NCBI GenBank assembly: GCA_029953675.1
Contig: JAMWBK010000001.1
Span: 1,302,001 to 1,366,000, forward strand
Origin: Rhodosorus marinus CCMP1338
Lineage: Eukaryota > Plantae > Rhodophyta
Direction of reading: 5' to 3'
DNA length: 64,000 bases
Under the pieces are notes generated by a model. That model worked only from the letters and a program-made list of their open reading frames with translations. It did no database searches and was not told the DNA's origin. Position numbers and translations under genes: made by a program. Position 1 is the stretch's first letter. Each line of letters opens with the position of its first letter. Of the stretch, positions 33,557-45,200 are shown piece after piece.

Positions 33557-33870
33557 GATACGAATCTGTCTGGGGACTAACAAAATGAATGAATTGGTTT
33601 CTTAATCGGAGGCTGAAAGAAAAATGCCGCGAGGGGAAAAAAGAACACTAGGGACGGCGAAGATCGCGCGCCTCCAACATCAAAGCAATATGGTGAGTTG
33701 CAACATTTCCGAGGCAATTCCGATATGGACTGTCTATATAAGCTTGTCCGGAGGCAACAGTTCCCCCTTTGGCATGACCTTCGCTGTGGATGAACGTATC
33801 TAGGTCTAGGCCAAAAGGCACTTGAAGCATTGAGGAAAGGAAGCGCCGCTGAAGAGCGAGAAGAAAAGGC

Positions 33871-34845
33871 ATGCGCGGAAAAGTGGTATTTCTTCTACTC
33901 CTGGTGGTCATCGGTATTGGCGTGGCACAGGACACATGTGCTTCGTTTGAACTTCCCGAACCCACAACGGTTAGACCAAATGGCGAGCCAACCACTTCGA
34001 ACAAGAGGGCCATTTGGGGCGATAAGTACTGCCGGAAGTTAACGCTGCGGGAACTGGATGGAATGGTTCCGGTAGTCTGTGTGAACACTAAGATGATCGA
34101 TGAAGACACGACCTGTCTGAAGATGAGGCTGCGAAACGTTGATTTGTCCCTGGTGAAGTCCCTCAAAATTGGCGTCCATCCGAATTGCAATATGGTTCCT
34201 CCTGCCGGTGGGAACCCGAGGAGGTTCCAGAGCCAGAGACTTGGAAAGAATTTAGCGGAAGGACAAGTCATAAAATCAGTTAAGCTCTGCTTCGACAGAA
34301 TCCCGGCGACACAATCGTGCTGTGGGACATCTCGGTGTTTGGTGATGGAAGCAACTATTGACGTCAATGGAGTGGACACGACAGTAGAAATCGATGACCG
34401 TAGATGTGGTGAGGAACCGGCGTGTCGATACTACATCGGCTGTCCGAACGTGATCGACCAAGAGTCAGACACGAGAAGGGGTGTTAAATACTTTTATGGC
34501 ACAGATTCCGATGATTTAATACTTCTACCTGATTACCGAATCACGTCGAGCTTTACCTACGACGGTAGAGATGTTATACTTGGCGGCAACGGAAACGATC
34601 GTGTGTTCGTCGGAGGAGGAGAGAATATTATGAACGGGGGCTTAGGCAACGACCAGTTTGACGCCTATAAGGACGGGGTGAACAGAGTTTACCTCGGTGA
34701 CGGCTTTGATGGGGTTAGACCGTACCTTGACGGTGGTGCCACTCCAGACTACTATTATGGAGGCCCAGGGTATGACGTTTACTTCTCTTACAATCCGGAT
34801 GATAACGATGTTGTCCAAAGCTTTGATGGCCTCGGCTATACGTAG
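33871..34845 (+). CDS. Secreted Cys-rich + RTX-repeat protein, paralogue 3 (324 aa)
   Basis: Intact ORF; 12 Cys conserved; most diverged in the RTX region. Confidence 0.85.
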   Translation: MRGKVVFLLLLVVIGIGVAQDTCASFELPEPTTVRPNGEPTTSNKRAIWGDKYCRKLTLRELDGMVPVVCVNTKMIDEDTTCLKMRLRNVDLSLVKSLKIGVHPNCNMVPPAGGNPRRFQSQRLGKNLAEGQVIKSVKLCFDRIPATQSCCGTSRCLVMEATIDVNGVDTTVEIDDRRCGEEPACRYYIGCPNVIDQESDTRRGVKYFYGTDSDDLILLPDYRITSSFTYDGRDVILGGNGNDRVFVGGGENIMNGGLGNDQFDAYKDGVNRVYLGDGFDGVRPYLDGGATPDYYYGGPGYDVYFSYNPDDNDVVQSFDGLGYT

Positions 34846-36249
34846 ATGGGTAGGAGGAGGTTATTGTTCTCAGATGTTTAGTATAAACCACGGAATGTGT
34901 CCCTTACGAAAACTAAACAAGGGGAGAAGGTAGAGGCCCTCCCTCAATGAGATATCAGAAAAGCCCTTAATCGTAAACGTTTTGTGAGCAGACGATTCAG
35001 GTGCTATCGTATTCACTACCAGCTGCCCATTACAGTTCCAGAGAATCCTATTCATTCCTCTGCGGCTGCCGACCCCAAAATCATTTTTGCGCGCCTTCCG
35101 TGGTCTCTAGCTGTCCCCCGCCGTCCGCACGCTGGTTAAGAATTGAAGAAGAAAGTGACGACTTTGAAGGAGCCAAAAACCAAAGCAAAAAGGCAGAAAC
35201 TGAGACGACAGATTGTGGGAAACGATTTACCAATCTGGTCGATACCGAGCCTCATCCTCCCCCGACTCAACCCCGCACTCATCTGCCGCGCCGGGGGTCA
35301 GAGTTGGTTTCCCTGTCAATGGACTTGCAGTGGTGACCTCTTCACTAGACTCCACGTGTTGTTCGATGTCAACGAAAACAGCTCCTGCTCCAGGTCCAGG
35401 GCGCTCGCCCACCGACGGCACAACGTGTCCATGCTGTTGGGTGCGCTAGTACAAATCCCACTCGGCACGAACTTCAAAGGACAAACTGTCAAATGCAACA
35501 TGTTACGCTGACAAACGTCTTATAGATTTATTGAGGACGGCTAGCTCCTCAGTTTACAGCGCTGCGTTCTGTCCTCCCTGTATCTGTTGCGAGTCTTGTC
35601 AAATGCCCGCGAAAAACTATTTGTAGATCGATCACTGCGACGAAAACCGCTTACTGAGATGAAAGTCATGTTTTGGAGACAAGCTTAGCGATTTGGAGCG
35701 GTGATTGTCAATGGTTGGAATCCCCCTGGATTTAACGTCAATGAATGGACTTGCATTAGGGAAAGCCATGTGGTGAGAAAATGAGTTTTACAATTCTGTT
35801 CATGACGTTTAACCCCTTGCGCTCCCAGTACTTGGCAATGATCCATATGCTCAGACAATTGGATGAGTGAATGAATTTGTTTAATAGTGCTCTCAAGTAT
35901 CTCAATTACGATGCTCTGAACAAGTTAGAAAGTTCACATGGCTTTGGGAAGTTCGCGGTACAGCGCGTTCAGTCCGCGGCTACAGGCTCCTTGCACAAGG
36001 CAATAATACGAGTCCTTTATCCTAAACTAAAAACCGGAATCGACATTGTTTTAGAGCTTGTTTTCTTGGTTAGTACATTCAACGGATCGTTCAGCTTGCT
36101 TCACGACCGTGGGGATGCTTTTAGCTTACACCCAAGTGACACATTGGGACAAGCTCTTGACAGATTACGAATCTGTCCAGGGACTATCAAATGTTGAGTT
36201 GCAACATTTTCCGAGCAATTCCGAATGGACTGTCTATGTTGTATCCCGG

Positions 36250-36965
36250 ACGGACCCACTGGAGGTGGTTCGAAGGGTTTTTCCTGAGGCTTTGCCTTTT
36301 TTAGCTGGGATCTACCGGGGAGGAGGCCTCCCCTGCATGCCTGAGTGGGGTGAAGTTTTTGGAGCACACACAAGGGTACAACAAGAGGATTCTTGTAGGC
36401 CTGTCCTTCACGCCTGCGCTTTGCAGCTCGCTAGATTGCAACTCGCGACCGAGATGGAGGAGCTACGTATCTGTGCATATCATGACGACGTGACGTTGAT
36501 TTTTGTAGCCCTAGAACGGGGGTTGACCAGGATCCAAGCCATTGCAAGTGAGGTGGGGTTGATAGTCGAGCAGGAGAAGTGTTGGTTTCTCCCACCCGGC
36601 GGAAGCCCCTCCCGGTAGTCTGCCCGACGCTCTCAGGCACCTTTGCCTACCTGAGGGTCTGATGCATCATGGTATTGGGTTGGCGAGTCATAACTTCGTG
36701 CAATCCTCCTGCGAACCACCCGGCACAGGCAGCTCACAGATGGTGATGAGCGTCTTCCTGATGCTATGCTGCAATCGGTGTGCCTGATTTCCCGATTCTG
36801 TGTGGGTCCCCGGCTCGACTATTGGCTGCGAAGTCTTCCATGCAATGGGGAGCGTGGACTGCTGCTAAGGCCGATGAGGCGACGCTAACACATTGGGGCA
36901 CACTCTTAGACGAACCACTTGCTTCGGCATCGGCACCTGACAAGGACCTGATACGGGCCTAGTCG
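36250..36965 (+). pseudogene. Old family-A-related RT fragment
   Basis: LEVVRRVFPEALPFL, RICAYHDDVTLI, HWGTLLDEPL with frameshifts. Confidence 0.8.
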
Positions 36966-37194
36966 TCGGACCGTGGTCGATGTGCAGCTTGACCAGACCA
37001 TTTCCTAACAGTAGAAGCATCAACCACAGTACTCATTTTGGGCCAACCTAGGTCGTCTTATAGCCTCCTCACGGAGCTGTCCTTGACCTTGTGGGGTTGC
37101 AACGCCGCCTTATTGTTGGACGCACGTCATCAGCGTCTTGTTTCTCGCTTCTCAGCGTAGTTAGGATCTGAATAAACGGAACGGAACTCATTCC

Positions 37195-37350
37195 TTGCAA
37201 AGCAAGTGGGATAATCTCCGGTGTAGACAAGTCCGCATAAACCAGTTCTGTTCCCCATTCTTTTAAAAACGCTGCTCTTCGCAAGTTTCTAACCATACAT
37301 TTGACGGAGTAACCTTCATCTAAGGCTCTTCTTGTTAGCAGTGTTGATCC
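37195..37350 (-). pseudogene. ycf39: Plastid-like ycf39 fragment (probable NUPT)
   Basis: [47 protein letters not shown] resembles the Ycf39 N-terminus. AT-rich, truncated at both ends. Confidence 0.65.
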
Positions 37351-37754
37351 GGTATTTATTTCAACCCCGAGTTGTAAGAAAGACAACCTAAGTGTACAAG
37401 CTTATTGGAATCCTTTTGGCGAATATCTGATGAAACTTCATGTTCCACAATCGCCTGGAGAAAGCGCGTTCGACACGAACAATTCCGCTTTCGTGAAACT
37501 CCTTTCCGCTAGCCGTTCTATGCGATTCGATTGTGAAACTCACACCAATACGCAATAGAATCAATCCACTCAGGAACTCACCCTTCTCAAGAATTTCACC
37601 TTTTGCCTTCAGTCCATATGTCGCTAATCGACGGTCGCTATGATGCATCATCAAGCATATAGAAAAACCATTAAATCAAGAGAGACAGTCTGTTACGCCC
37701 AGAAATGCTCACTATTCAATGCCAGAACCAAAATTCCAACAAGGAGATGTAGCA

Positions 37755-38410
37755 GATTATGACTGATCTGCAACGCATCAAATGCTCCCCTGAAGCTCTA
37801 CGTAAACACCTACTGTATGCCGAAGGGATCGGCCCAGGTTCGGTTCTACGACTCCCATAGGTCAACAAAGAAACTCGCAACCAATCAGGACCCTTATATT
37901 TAGTGTACTTACATGGGAGTTCTGTCCAAGTCGGATTTGGTGACGAATGAGGTTACTAACACAGAGCCATTGTAGTCGCCCAGCAGGGATTCGTATTTTG
38001 TTGGCTAACTGAGTGAATAGGATCAAACCTTCGTAGGATTAGGGTTTTTGCGCGCTTGCATCTCCATGAAGATTTTCCCTAAGTCCAAGCATCTCGGAGA
38101 TAAGCACGGCATATATACTGATCCTAGAAGCCATCAAGTATGGTTGGTTCGGAATAAATATGAACGTCGAGGATGAACAACACTCATACACCTAGTTTTG
38201 TTAACAAAATTCCTCCCTGCGTCCTCCTTGGCCAAGGTCTCCTCTAACCTTCTCTACAATCCGGTTCATTCCTCATCTTCCTAGTTCACACCTCTCCGAG
38301 GCGGTGAGCTGGGTTAGCTTTCCGGTGACCGGAAAGCTCTTACAGAGCCGTAGAGACCCGAGGAGGAGCATGCACAGTTACCTTTTAGTCGAGCAACCCC
38401 TATGATTAGT
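37755..38410. repeat. Uninterrupted R-D dispersed repeat (empty site for the family C insertion at 23677-24620)
   Basis: ...ggatttggtgacgaatgaggttactaacacagagcc joins the two halves separated at 23-24 kb. Confidence 0.75.
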
Positions 38411-38968
38411 TCGGAATAAACAACAACTCTGAGGATGAACAACACTCGTGCACCCAGTTTTTTTTTACCCTTCTCAAATTTTTTTTGTCTACCGTTAATG
38501 TTCCTGCAGTTCCTACACCTAATAAACTCATAAAATCTCTGCAATAAAAATTTGTATAGGTTTGCCGTTGCAATAAAACCTTTTCTATCTTTAATTATAA
38601 TAGAGTAATCATAGTAAAACTATATATATAGGGCAAAGGGCAACTTGAACCCTCAAAAGTTGTCACATTTGAGTGTGATGCATACCAATTTGCGGACTAA
38701 AGGGCTTACTTAGAGTTCACTGGACTGCGGTAGAAAGGGAAGAAGAAAACGGAATAGAAGAAGGGAACAACGTTTCTTGCGGTTTTTGAATGATACGGGT
38801 TTCATCTCTATGGCTGATTTGGACTGTAGAGTCCGTGGATTTCCATCCCCGCCATCCGGGTCATTGGAGACCCTTTTGAGTGGTTACGGCCCGCTCTAGG
38901 TCGAATGCTGTGTTGAGGGGGTTGGTTTCTGACGACATTAAGATCTACAATTTGCCCCTTCTAGAATA

Positions 38969-38977
38969 AACCATTCG
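38969..38977 (+). mobile_element. 9-12 nt tail-only family B insertion (AACCATTCG[TTC])
   Basis: Direct repeat TTCTAGAATA at 38959-38968 and 38978-38987. Confidence 0.7.
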
Positions 38978-39250
38978 TTCTAGAATAGGATAGACTTCAT
39001 TTACAGCTATTTTCAATCTTCTGAGATAGTCTATTTCGACAATGGTCTAAAATTCAAACTTTTGTCCTATTTCATTTTCATAGTTATCAATACAAACCTT
39101 TTCTCTTGGCTTCATTTTATTTTTATTATCAAAATTTTGAGCTACTATCTCGTTTGCAATTACTCCTAATTTAAATGGCATAATTAAGTTCTTTATTGTG
39201 CTATTTAGGTTTTTAAGCACCCCTTATTCTTAACTCTATGTCTTTCAACC

Positions 39251-39370
39251 AGTTCTGGGGGTAAATATTAGTGTTGTGCTAGTTCTGGGGGTAAATATTA
39301 GTGTTGTGCCAGTTCTGGGGGTAAATATTAGTGTTGTACCAGTTCTGGGGGTAAATATTAGTGTTGTGCC
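39251..39370. repeat. 30-bp minisatellite x4 (AGTTCTGGGGGTAAATATTAGTGTTGTGCC)
   Basis: Read directly. The last unit runs into the left TIR of the adjacent MITE. No spacers. Confidence 0.95.
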
Positions 39371-39502
39371 AAGTGGGTCGGGTTTTTGCAGAGTGGATCG
39401 GATTTTGCCTGTTTACTCCTCTAAACCCTCCTGTTTTTGCTGGTTTAACCACTTCCGGGTTGTAAACAGCGAAAAACCCGGCCCACTTTGAACAACCTTC
39501 TA
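39359..39502. mobile_element. MITE related to 302-436
   Basis: tagtgttgtgccaagtgggtcgggtttttgc ... gcgaaaaacccggcccactttgaacaacc inverted ends. Confidence 0.6.
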
Positions 39503-39555
39503 CATAGATATACTAAGAATTTGGAGACAAACTTTGCAACTCGGAGCAGTGATGG

Positions 39556-39931
39556 CTAACCCTCAAGCTAGTCGTTATCTCCCGGCTGCGGGGGAGCGCC
39601 GTGGATCTGCCGCCGCCAGCATGAGACGCCGCAAAGAGATCAAATACGCGGGGGCTTTGTCTTCCCCTGGTGTTCGTGCTTCGGCACTAGCACATCGCTT
39701 GGTACCCCTGATCATTGAGTGCTTTGGGTTCATGGACTCTGTTGGTTCTCGCTGGCTTCGGGAGTTGTTCCGCGAACGCCCTGACCGTCTTCAATCGTTG
39801 TTTACCCGCTTAAGTTTCCTGCTGTGGCGCATGAATGCCGCTTTGATGTTGGAGGCGCGAGTACTTCGCCGCGCTTAGTCTTTTTTTCCCCTCGGGGTTT
39901 TTTTTTCAGCCTCCGATTAAACCATTCGTTC
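39556..39931 (+). mobile_element. Family B 5'-truncated copy
   Basis: B 3' end with ccattcgttc tail. Candidate TSD GATGG (39551-39555, 39932-39936). Confidence 0.9.
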
Positions 39932-40225
39932 GATGGTCTTGGAATCTCAGCTGGATCAAGATCCGGAGAATATTGGCTAATGAATAGAATTGCATTAGAT
40001 TAGACCACAACCTACGAAAGTGAGTCTTGTAACTCGCCTCAACATAATCTAATTATCCTAAAATTTATCCTAATTATAATCCACCCTATTTATTTCTAAA
40101 TATTTATCAGCATGCCCTGTTTTTGTTGCTCACTTTTTCTCTTGAAGGAGAATCCGAGTGTTTTCTTTCTTCATTTGAGGGCCTTTTTTTTTTATTTTGT
40201 TGAGAATATTGCTTTATTCTGTGAA

Positions 40226-40519
40226 CAAATACGCGGGGGCTTTGTCTTCCCCTGGTGTTCGTGCTTCGGCACTAGCACGTCGCTTGATACCCCTGATCAT
40301 TGAGTGCTTTGGGTTCATGGACTCTGTTGGCTCTCGCTGGCGTCGGGAGTTGTTCCGCGAACGCCCTGACCGTCTTCAATCGTTGTTTACCCGCTTAAGT
40401 TTCCTTCTGTGGCGCATGAATGCCGCTTTGATGTTGGAGGCGCGAGTTCTTCGCCGCACTTAGCCTTTTTTTCCCCTCGGGGTTTTTTCTTTCAGCCTCC
40501 GATTAAACCATTCTTCTTC
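40226..40519 (+). mobile_element. Family B 5'-truncated copy
   Basis: 10-bp TSD ATTCTGTGAA (40216-40225, 40520-40529), which starts with the tail unit ATTC. Confidence 0.9.
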
Positions 40520-41120
40520 ATTCTGTGAAGTGTTTTCATTCTTTTTGCCCACCGGGCCAATGGGGGTTGTTGTTCACCGAATCCGAATCACCGTATCGGA
40601 TGTTAACTTTGGTGAGCAGCTCGGAGGGACGTGACGACAATAACAATGAGGGAAGGTTTTTTTTCTCGGCGCGGTCTTCGGGAGCTTTCGCTCTATGTCG
40701 GTATATGATCGATCACTGCTGATCCCGCGTTTTGCTTTCAGTTCCATCCTTAATCAACTATGCTAATAAAGCCTTATCATGGTTTAGGCTTCTCCCTGTA
40801 TGCTGCCCTCCGTGGCGAGTGGATCTACAGCTCATAAAGACCTTCAATGAATGTGCTATATGGAGGAAAAAAGATTCCTGGAAGCCTTCGGGGCCTTCTC
40901 TGGCCCGCTAAATGACAAGGAATGGAAACCTCGTTTTCTGTTCATTTTCCTGGCCAAATCCCATGCCATTGTTCGTCCAATCGACTGTTTCTGACCTGGT
41001 TGGGATCCACCTACGGACAAACGTTATTCGCTCATTCAACCCATCAAGACGGCAAACAACACAAATCTACTCCAACCCCCCAACCATTCTCCGCCCACCT
41101 CCTCGTCTTCCCCATCAACT

Positions 41121-41160
41121 GGACTTTACTAGCATAACTGGACTGGACTTTACTAGCATA
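41121..41160 (-). mobile_element. Two 16-nt family A tail fragments (GGACTTTACTAGCATA x2)
   Basis: Exact reverse complement of tatgctagtaaagtcc. Each is bordered by AACT. Confidence 0.65.
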
Positions 41161-42204
41161 ACTAGTTCAGTCCGCCTGATTGATTACTTAACCACTCCTC
41201 TCGACACCGCAAAACGCTCTCCAAAGACCAACACCATTCCTCCGTGAAACGCTCGCCGTTGATCTTAAATCACTACCACCCCATCGCTCTTAGAGCAATC
41301 ATTCTAACTGTGAGTCTCCCCTGGCCCCGATCCAATGCATCAAAATCCTTTGTTTTCGGGTAGTCTGCCCCCGACCAAAGGCTATTCAGGAGAGCATGTT
41401 GTGCCACGCCAGTCTTTCCTGGCCCCATATTCAAGCGCTCAAAAATCTTCTCTTTCGGAGTCAATATTCTGGCCAAATGGAGTGGCTAATGTTCCCAACG
41501 AACACGTTCCTCCCCCCGGCTCAAACATATGTTCGCATCAAAACAATATCTCCTTGGCCAAAGGGAGTCATGGTCATGGTCATGGGTCACAAACGAGGAT
41601 TGGACTCATGAGTCTTTGGCCCGCCAAAAACGGCCTTGTTCGGTTCAGACAATTTCCGGGCCAAGAGTGAAGTCATCAGTGCTTCCCGTCCGCAGGGTTA
41701 AAAAATCTCAAAACCTTGGCTTCGAGGGTAAATATTCTGGTCAAAGAAAGTCCGGGCTAATGTTCTGCTGAGGAATATCGCCCTTGGAGATGTGGTTGCT
41801 GAATTAGAGTATTAGCGACTGCGCGGAGCCTCCTCCGCGCAGTAAGTTACGGGGGGGAGTGGAGGGGCGAGTTGGAGAGGTGTGGACGGGGGGAAACGAG
41901 TGAGGATAGCGGTGGAGTTTGCGGACTATATTTTTTGGTTTCTTTCCGCAGGCTTTCCGAAAGTTCTTTAGAAGAGATCTTATTAGTCGGTATTGAACCC
42001 GCTAGCCTGTCTCGCGCAAGCGGTTGGGTTTCTTGGGGGACATATTGGCTGTTATGGCATGGCCGTGAGGTTGGATGGTTGGCTGTTTAGGAGTCGAGAA
42101 GGATTGGAGCTGTGAGGAGTCAGATTAGGAAGAGAACCGTCGTGCCCACGGTTGGGTTCGCGGGTTCTGGGGGTATCGCAAGCAAGGAAGAGGGAAAAAC
42201 CCGT

Positions 42205-45200
42205 ATGGACGCCCACGTGTTTGCAGTAGTGCTGGTTGCGCTTGTTTTGCAGCGGACGGGGGTCGGTGCAACGCTTACGAAGGTTGACTTCGAAGATGCT
42301 CCTGTCGTGGGTAGTATTGATGGTCTTCCGACCGACTTCGCTTTTCTGCCTCCTGGTCAGACTGACCGCATTCTGGTGACAGGTTATAGGGGAACGGTCC
42401 AAGTTGTCGTGAGAGGAGCGGTGCAGGAGAAACTATTCCTGGACGAAAGGGTTTCCCAGGCGGAGCTGGACAGTTGGACGGGCTACCCCAGATTGTGGGA
42501 TCGAGGCCTGGCGCCAGAGTATCGATCGGTTGCTGTAGATTCCGACTTTCAAAATCATCCGTATGTGTACCTCGCGTACTTTCACTACATTGAAAGAGTG
42601 CGAAGAACTCCTCCCCAAGGGTTTGTGGTTCGGTACAGGGTGAGCAATGACCTCTCAGAGGCGATCCGTAGCTCGAAGAGATTCATTCTCGGAGGATACG
42701 TGAGTGGAAATTGTACGCAAATTAGCACAACGGAGGATACCATTTGCATTACTGCTCCTGATCATACGATGGCGGGGTTACTCGCGGACCCCCAGGGAAG
42801 AGTTTGGATATCAGTAGGGGATTCCGCCTTTTGGGACGATTTTGACCGACCGAACGCCATGAGGGCTCAGGACGTTGACACTCTATACGGGAAGGTCCTC
42901 AGGGTAAATCGGTCTGGGAAAGGCCTACCATCTAACCCCTACTACGACGGCAGTCCGGATTCAAACCGATCAAAGGTGATGGTTTTGGGTCTGCGCAACC
43001 CATGGAACATTCATTGGGATGCTGAGCTTGATACTCCATGGGTCAGTGATGTTGGAGAAGCAACCCTGGAAGAGTTCAATCTAGTTCAACCGGGTGCGAA
43101 CTACGGGTGGCCATGCATGGAGGCAGAGCTTGATCGCTTTCAGTTTGGCATCTTCAACGAGTGCGTAGATTTGTTCAATAATGTTCCCCCATCATCCGGA
43201 GCCTCATATGTGGGTGCGAAAGTGGGTCCGAAACTAAGCTACTCCCACGAGGAGGGTACTGCGATTACTGCCGCGTTGAGGGTGAACATCGAGGGTTGGC
43301 CTGACGCTTTCAACAATGGCGTTTACTACAGTGACTATTCCGGAAACTGGATACGGTACGTCAAGGTAGACGACGTCGGTAACGTTGTTTCGGCTCCTCT
43401 CGAGTTTGCCACAGGGGTCCCTGGACCGATCAACCTTCGACCGGGGAGCGACGGATGTCTGTACTACCTAGCTCTCGCTTCCAGTCAGATAGGTCGGATC
43501 TGTTACAGGGAGAACAATTCGCCGCCAGAGGTGGTTGGGATCGTACCGCCGGATGGGTTCACGGGCGCGGCTAGGTCGACCTTGGTTGAGGTGGCTGTAA
43601 GCAAGAAGGTGACAGCGGAATCGGCACAAGCGTCTATAGTTGTGGTAGAGACTGTATCGGAGGTTGTTGTTGCTGGGCATGTGGAACAGGATGAGGTCAG
43701 GAACATTCTTACCTTTGTTCCAAACGAGGCGCTGAAGGAGGATGCGGAATACACGGTGACTGTTTCCGCGTTGATCGACTTGAAAAACCTCTCCATGATA
43801 GGCGAGGTGACGAGTACATTTTTTACGGGCAGAGGGTTCGTGCAGTATGTTTCCGATCTGGCCCTAGCTGTGGATCCTACACCCGAAGCGGTTTACCGTG
43901 ACACAGCGATTAATGGCGTGACTCCCATATTCATTCGCGGCAGGCGATTCAGGAAGGGCTTGAGCTTCGTCCCCGTCGTGCGAGTAGGTGTTCAAGTCCC
44001 TTCTGGATGTACGTCGATCGAAGGTTTCTACGGGATGGACGACACTGCTAGGTGGATTGTAGCGGGCGCAGTCATCTTTACGATCGCCGTGGACGGCAGT
44101 ATTGTGTACGACTCAGCTGCGGATGGACTCGGATTTCCCAGCAGAAAAGTCGATCCCGCGACCTTCTTCAGCATGGATGTAGAGAGTGGGAGTACCTTGA
44201 CTCTGGGAGGCGACTTTGGAGGGAGACACGAGAATCAAGAGGACAATCGCGGAGCGTGGGCGGATGTCAGGTTCCGCTGCGGCAACATAGACTCTAGGGC
44301 ACCAAAAATCGAGTCGATCGACCCAGGCGACGGCTCAACTACATCGATCGATGTGGTGATTCGCATCGTATTCGACGAGGTCATGAACTATAACACGGTC
44401 CTTCAGGCAGTGAGCATTGCGTCGGTGGATGGGCGTCGCATCCCGTGGCTTCCAGTTGAGAGTACCGAGCCCCGACTATTTGCGCTCGAGTTGGAGAGCT
44501 TGGAGTTCGATACGACGTACGTGGTCAGCGTATCGAAAACGGCGATTGACGTTTCTGGAAACCGATTGGAGGAAGACGTGCAGTGGTCGTTTGCCACTGA
44601 GTTTCCGCCAGCAACTGGAGAGAAGCTCCAATTCCTGGGAGATTTGACACCCAAGCGCTCGAGAGGTGGTGTCTCGTTCAACGGATTTCCGAGGAGGCTT
44701 AGCCCAGGAGTGCAAATATACGAGAACGGTCTTGGTATGCAGGCAAACGCCATGGTCAGCTACGACCTGGGTGGTCTCGCTTGTACTCGGCTCAAAGGGC
44801 TCACGGGTAAGGATGCAGCTGCACGAGGCGATTCTGGTGCTTGCCGGCTGCGGGTTTTCAGCGGGGCTAATCGGGAAGCATCGCGGATGCGTGTTGATCG
44901 GTACCCTCGCGCAGCTCAACGGTCGCGGGGCCTAAGTGTTGGACTAGGAGGGGATAGCTACCTCGAGATTAAGCTTTCCGCGGGGGGGGATGGCGGCCAG
45001 GCTAAGGACCTTTGCGACATCGCCCGAGCTAGGGTGGAGTGTGATGGTGTTGATATCTACCTGACGGAACTTACGCCGTTATCTGAGCGGGGGGTGGTTG
45101 AACGGAACAGGAGTGCGGTGCAGTTGCCGCTGCAGCTGCTCAGGTCCTCAATGACCTTCGAGACTGGAATTGTTATCCCCGCCGGGGCTGAAGTGACGTA

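Noticed and set aside
35866-35889. Possible B-like tail-only insertion (aatgaatttgtttaat between AGTG repeats)
   Set aside because: The 4-bp repeat and AT-rich insert could arise by chance. Kept only as a weak candidate.
37388-37654. 88-aa minus-strand ORF next to the ycf39 fragment
   Set aside because: No motif recognised; cannot be assigned without a search.
39251-39370. CRISPR-like 30-bp repeats
   Set aside because: The units are contiguous with no spacers and there are no cas genes in a eukaryotic context. It is a minisatellite.
40750-40779. Possible A tail-only insertion (ctatgctaataaagcc)
   Set aside because: The flanking repeat is imperfect (ttaatca vs ttatca). Weak candidate only.
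41260-41845. Scattered TGGCC motifs, (CATGGT)n and an 11-bp hairpin (41818-41843) upstream of the dehydrogenase gene
   Set aside because: No clear TIR pair or TSD could be defined, and a regulatory role is not demonstrable.
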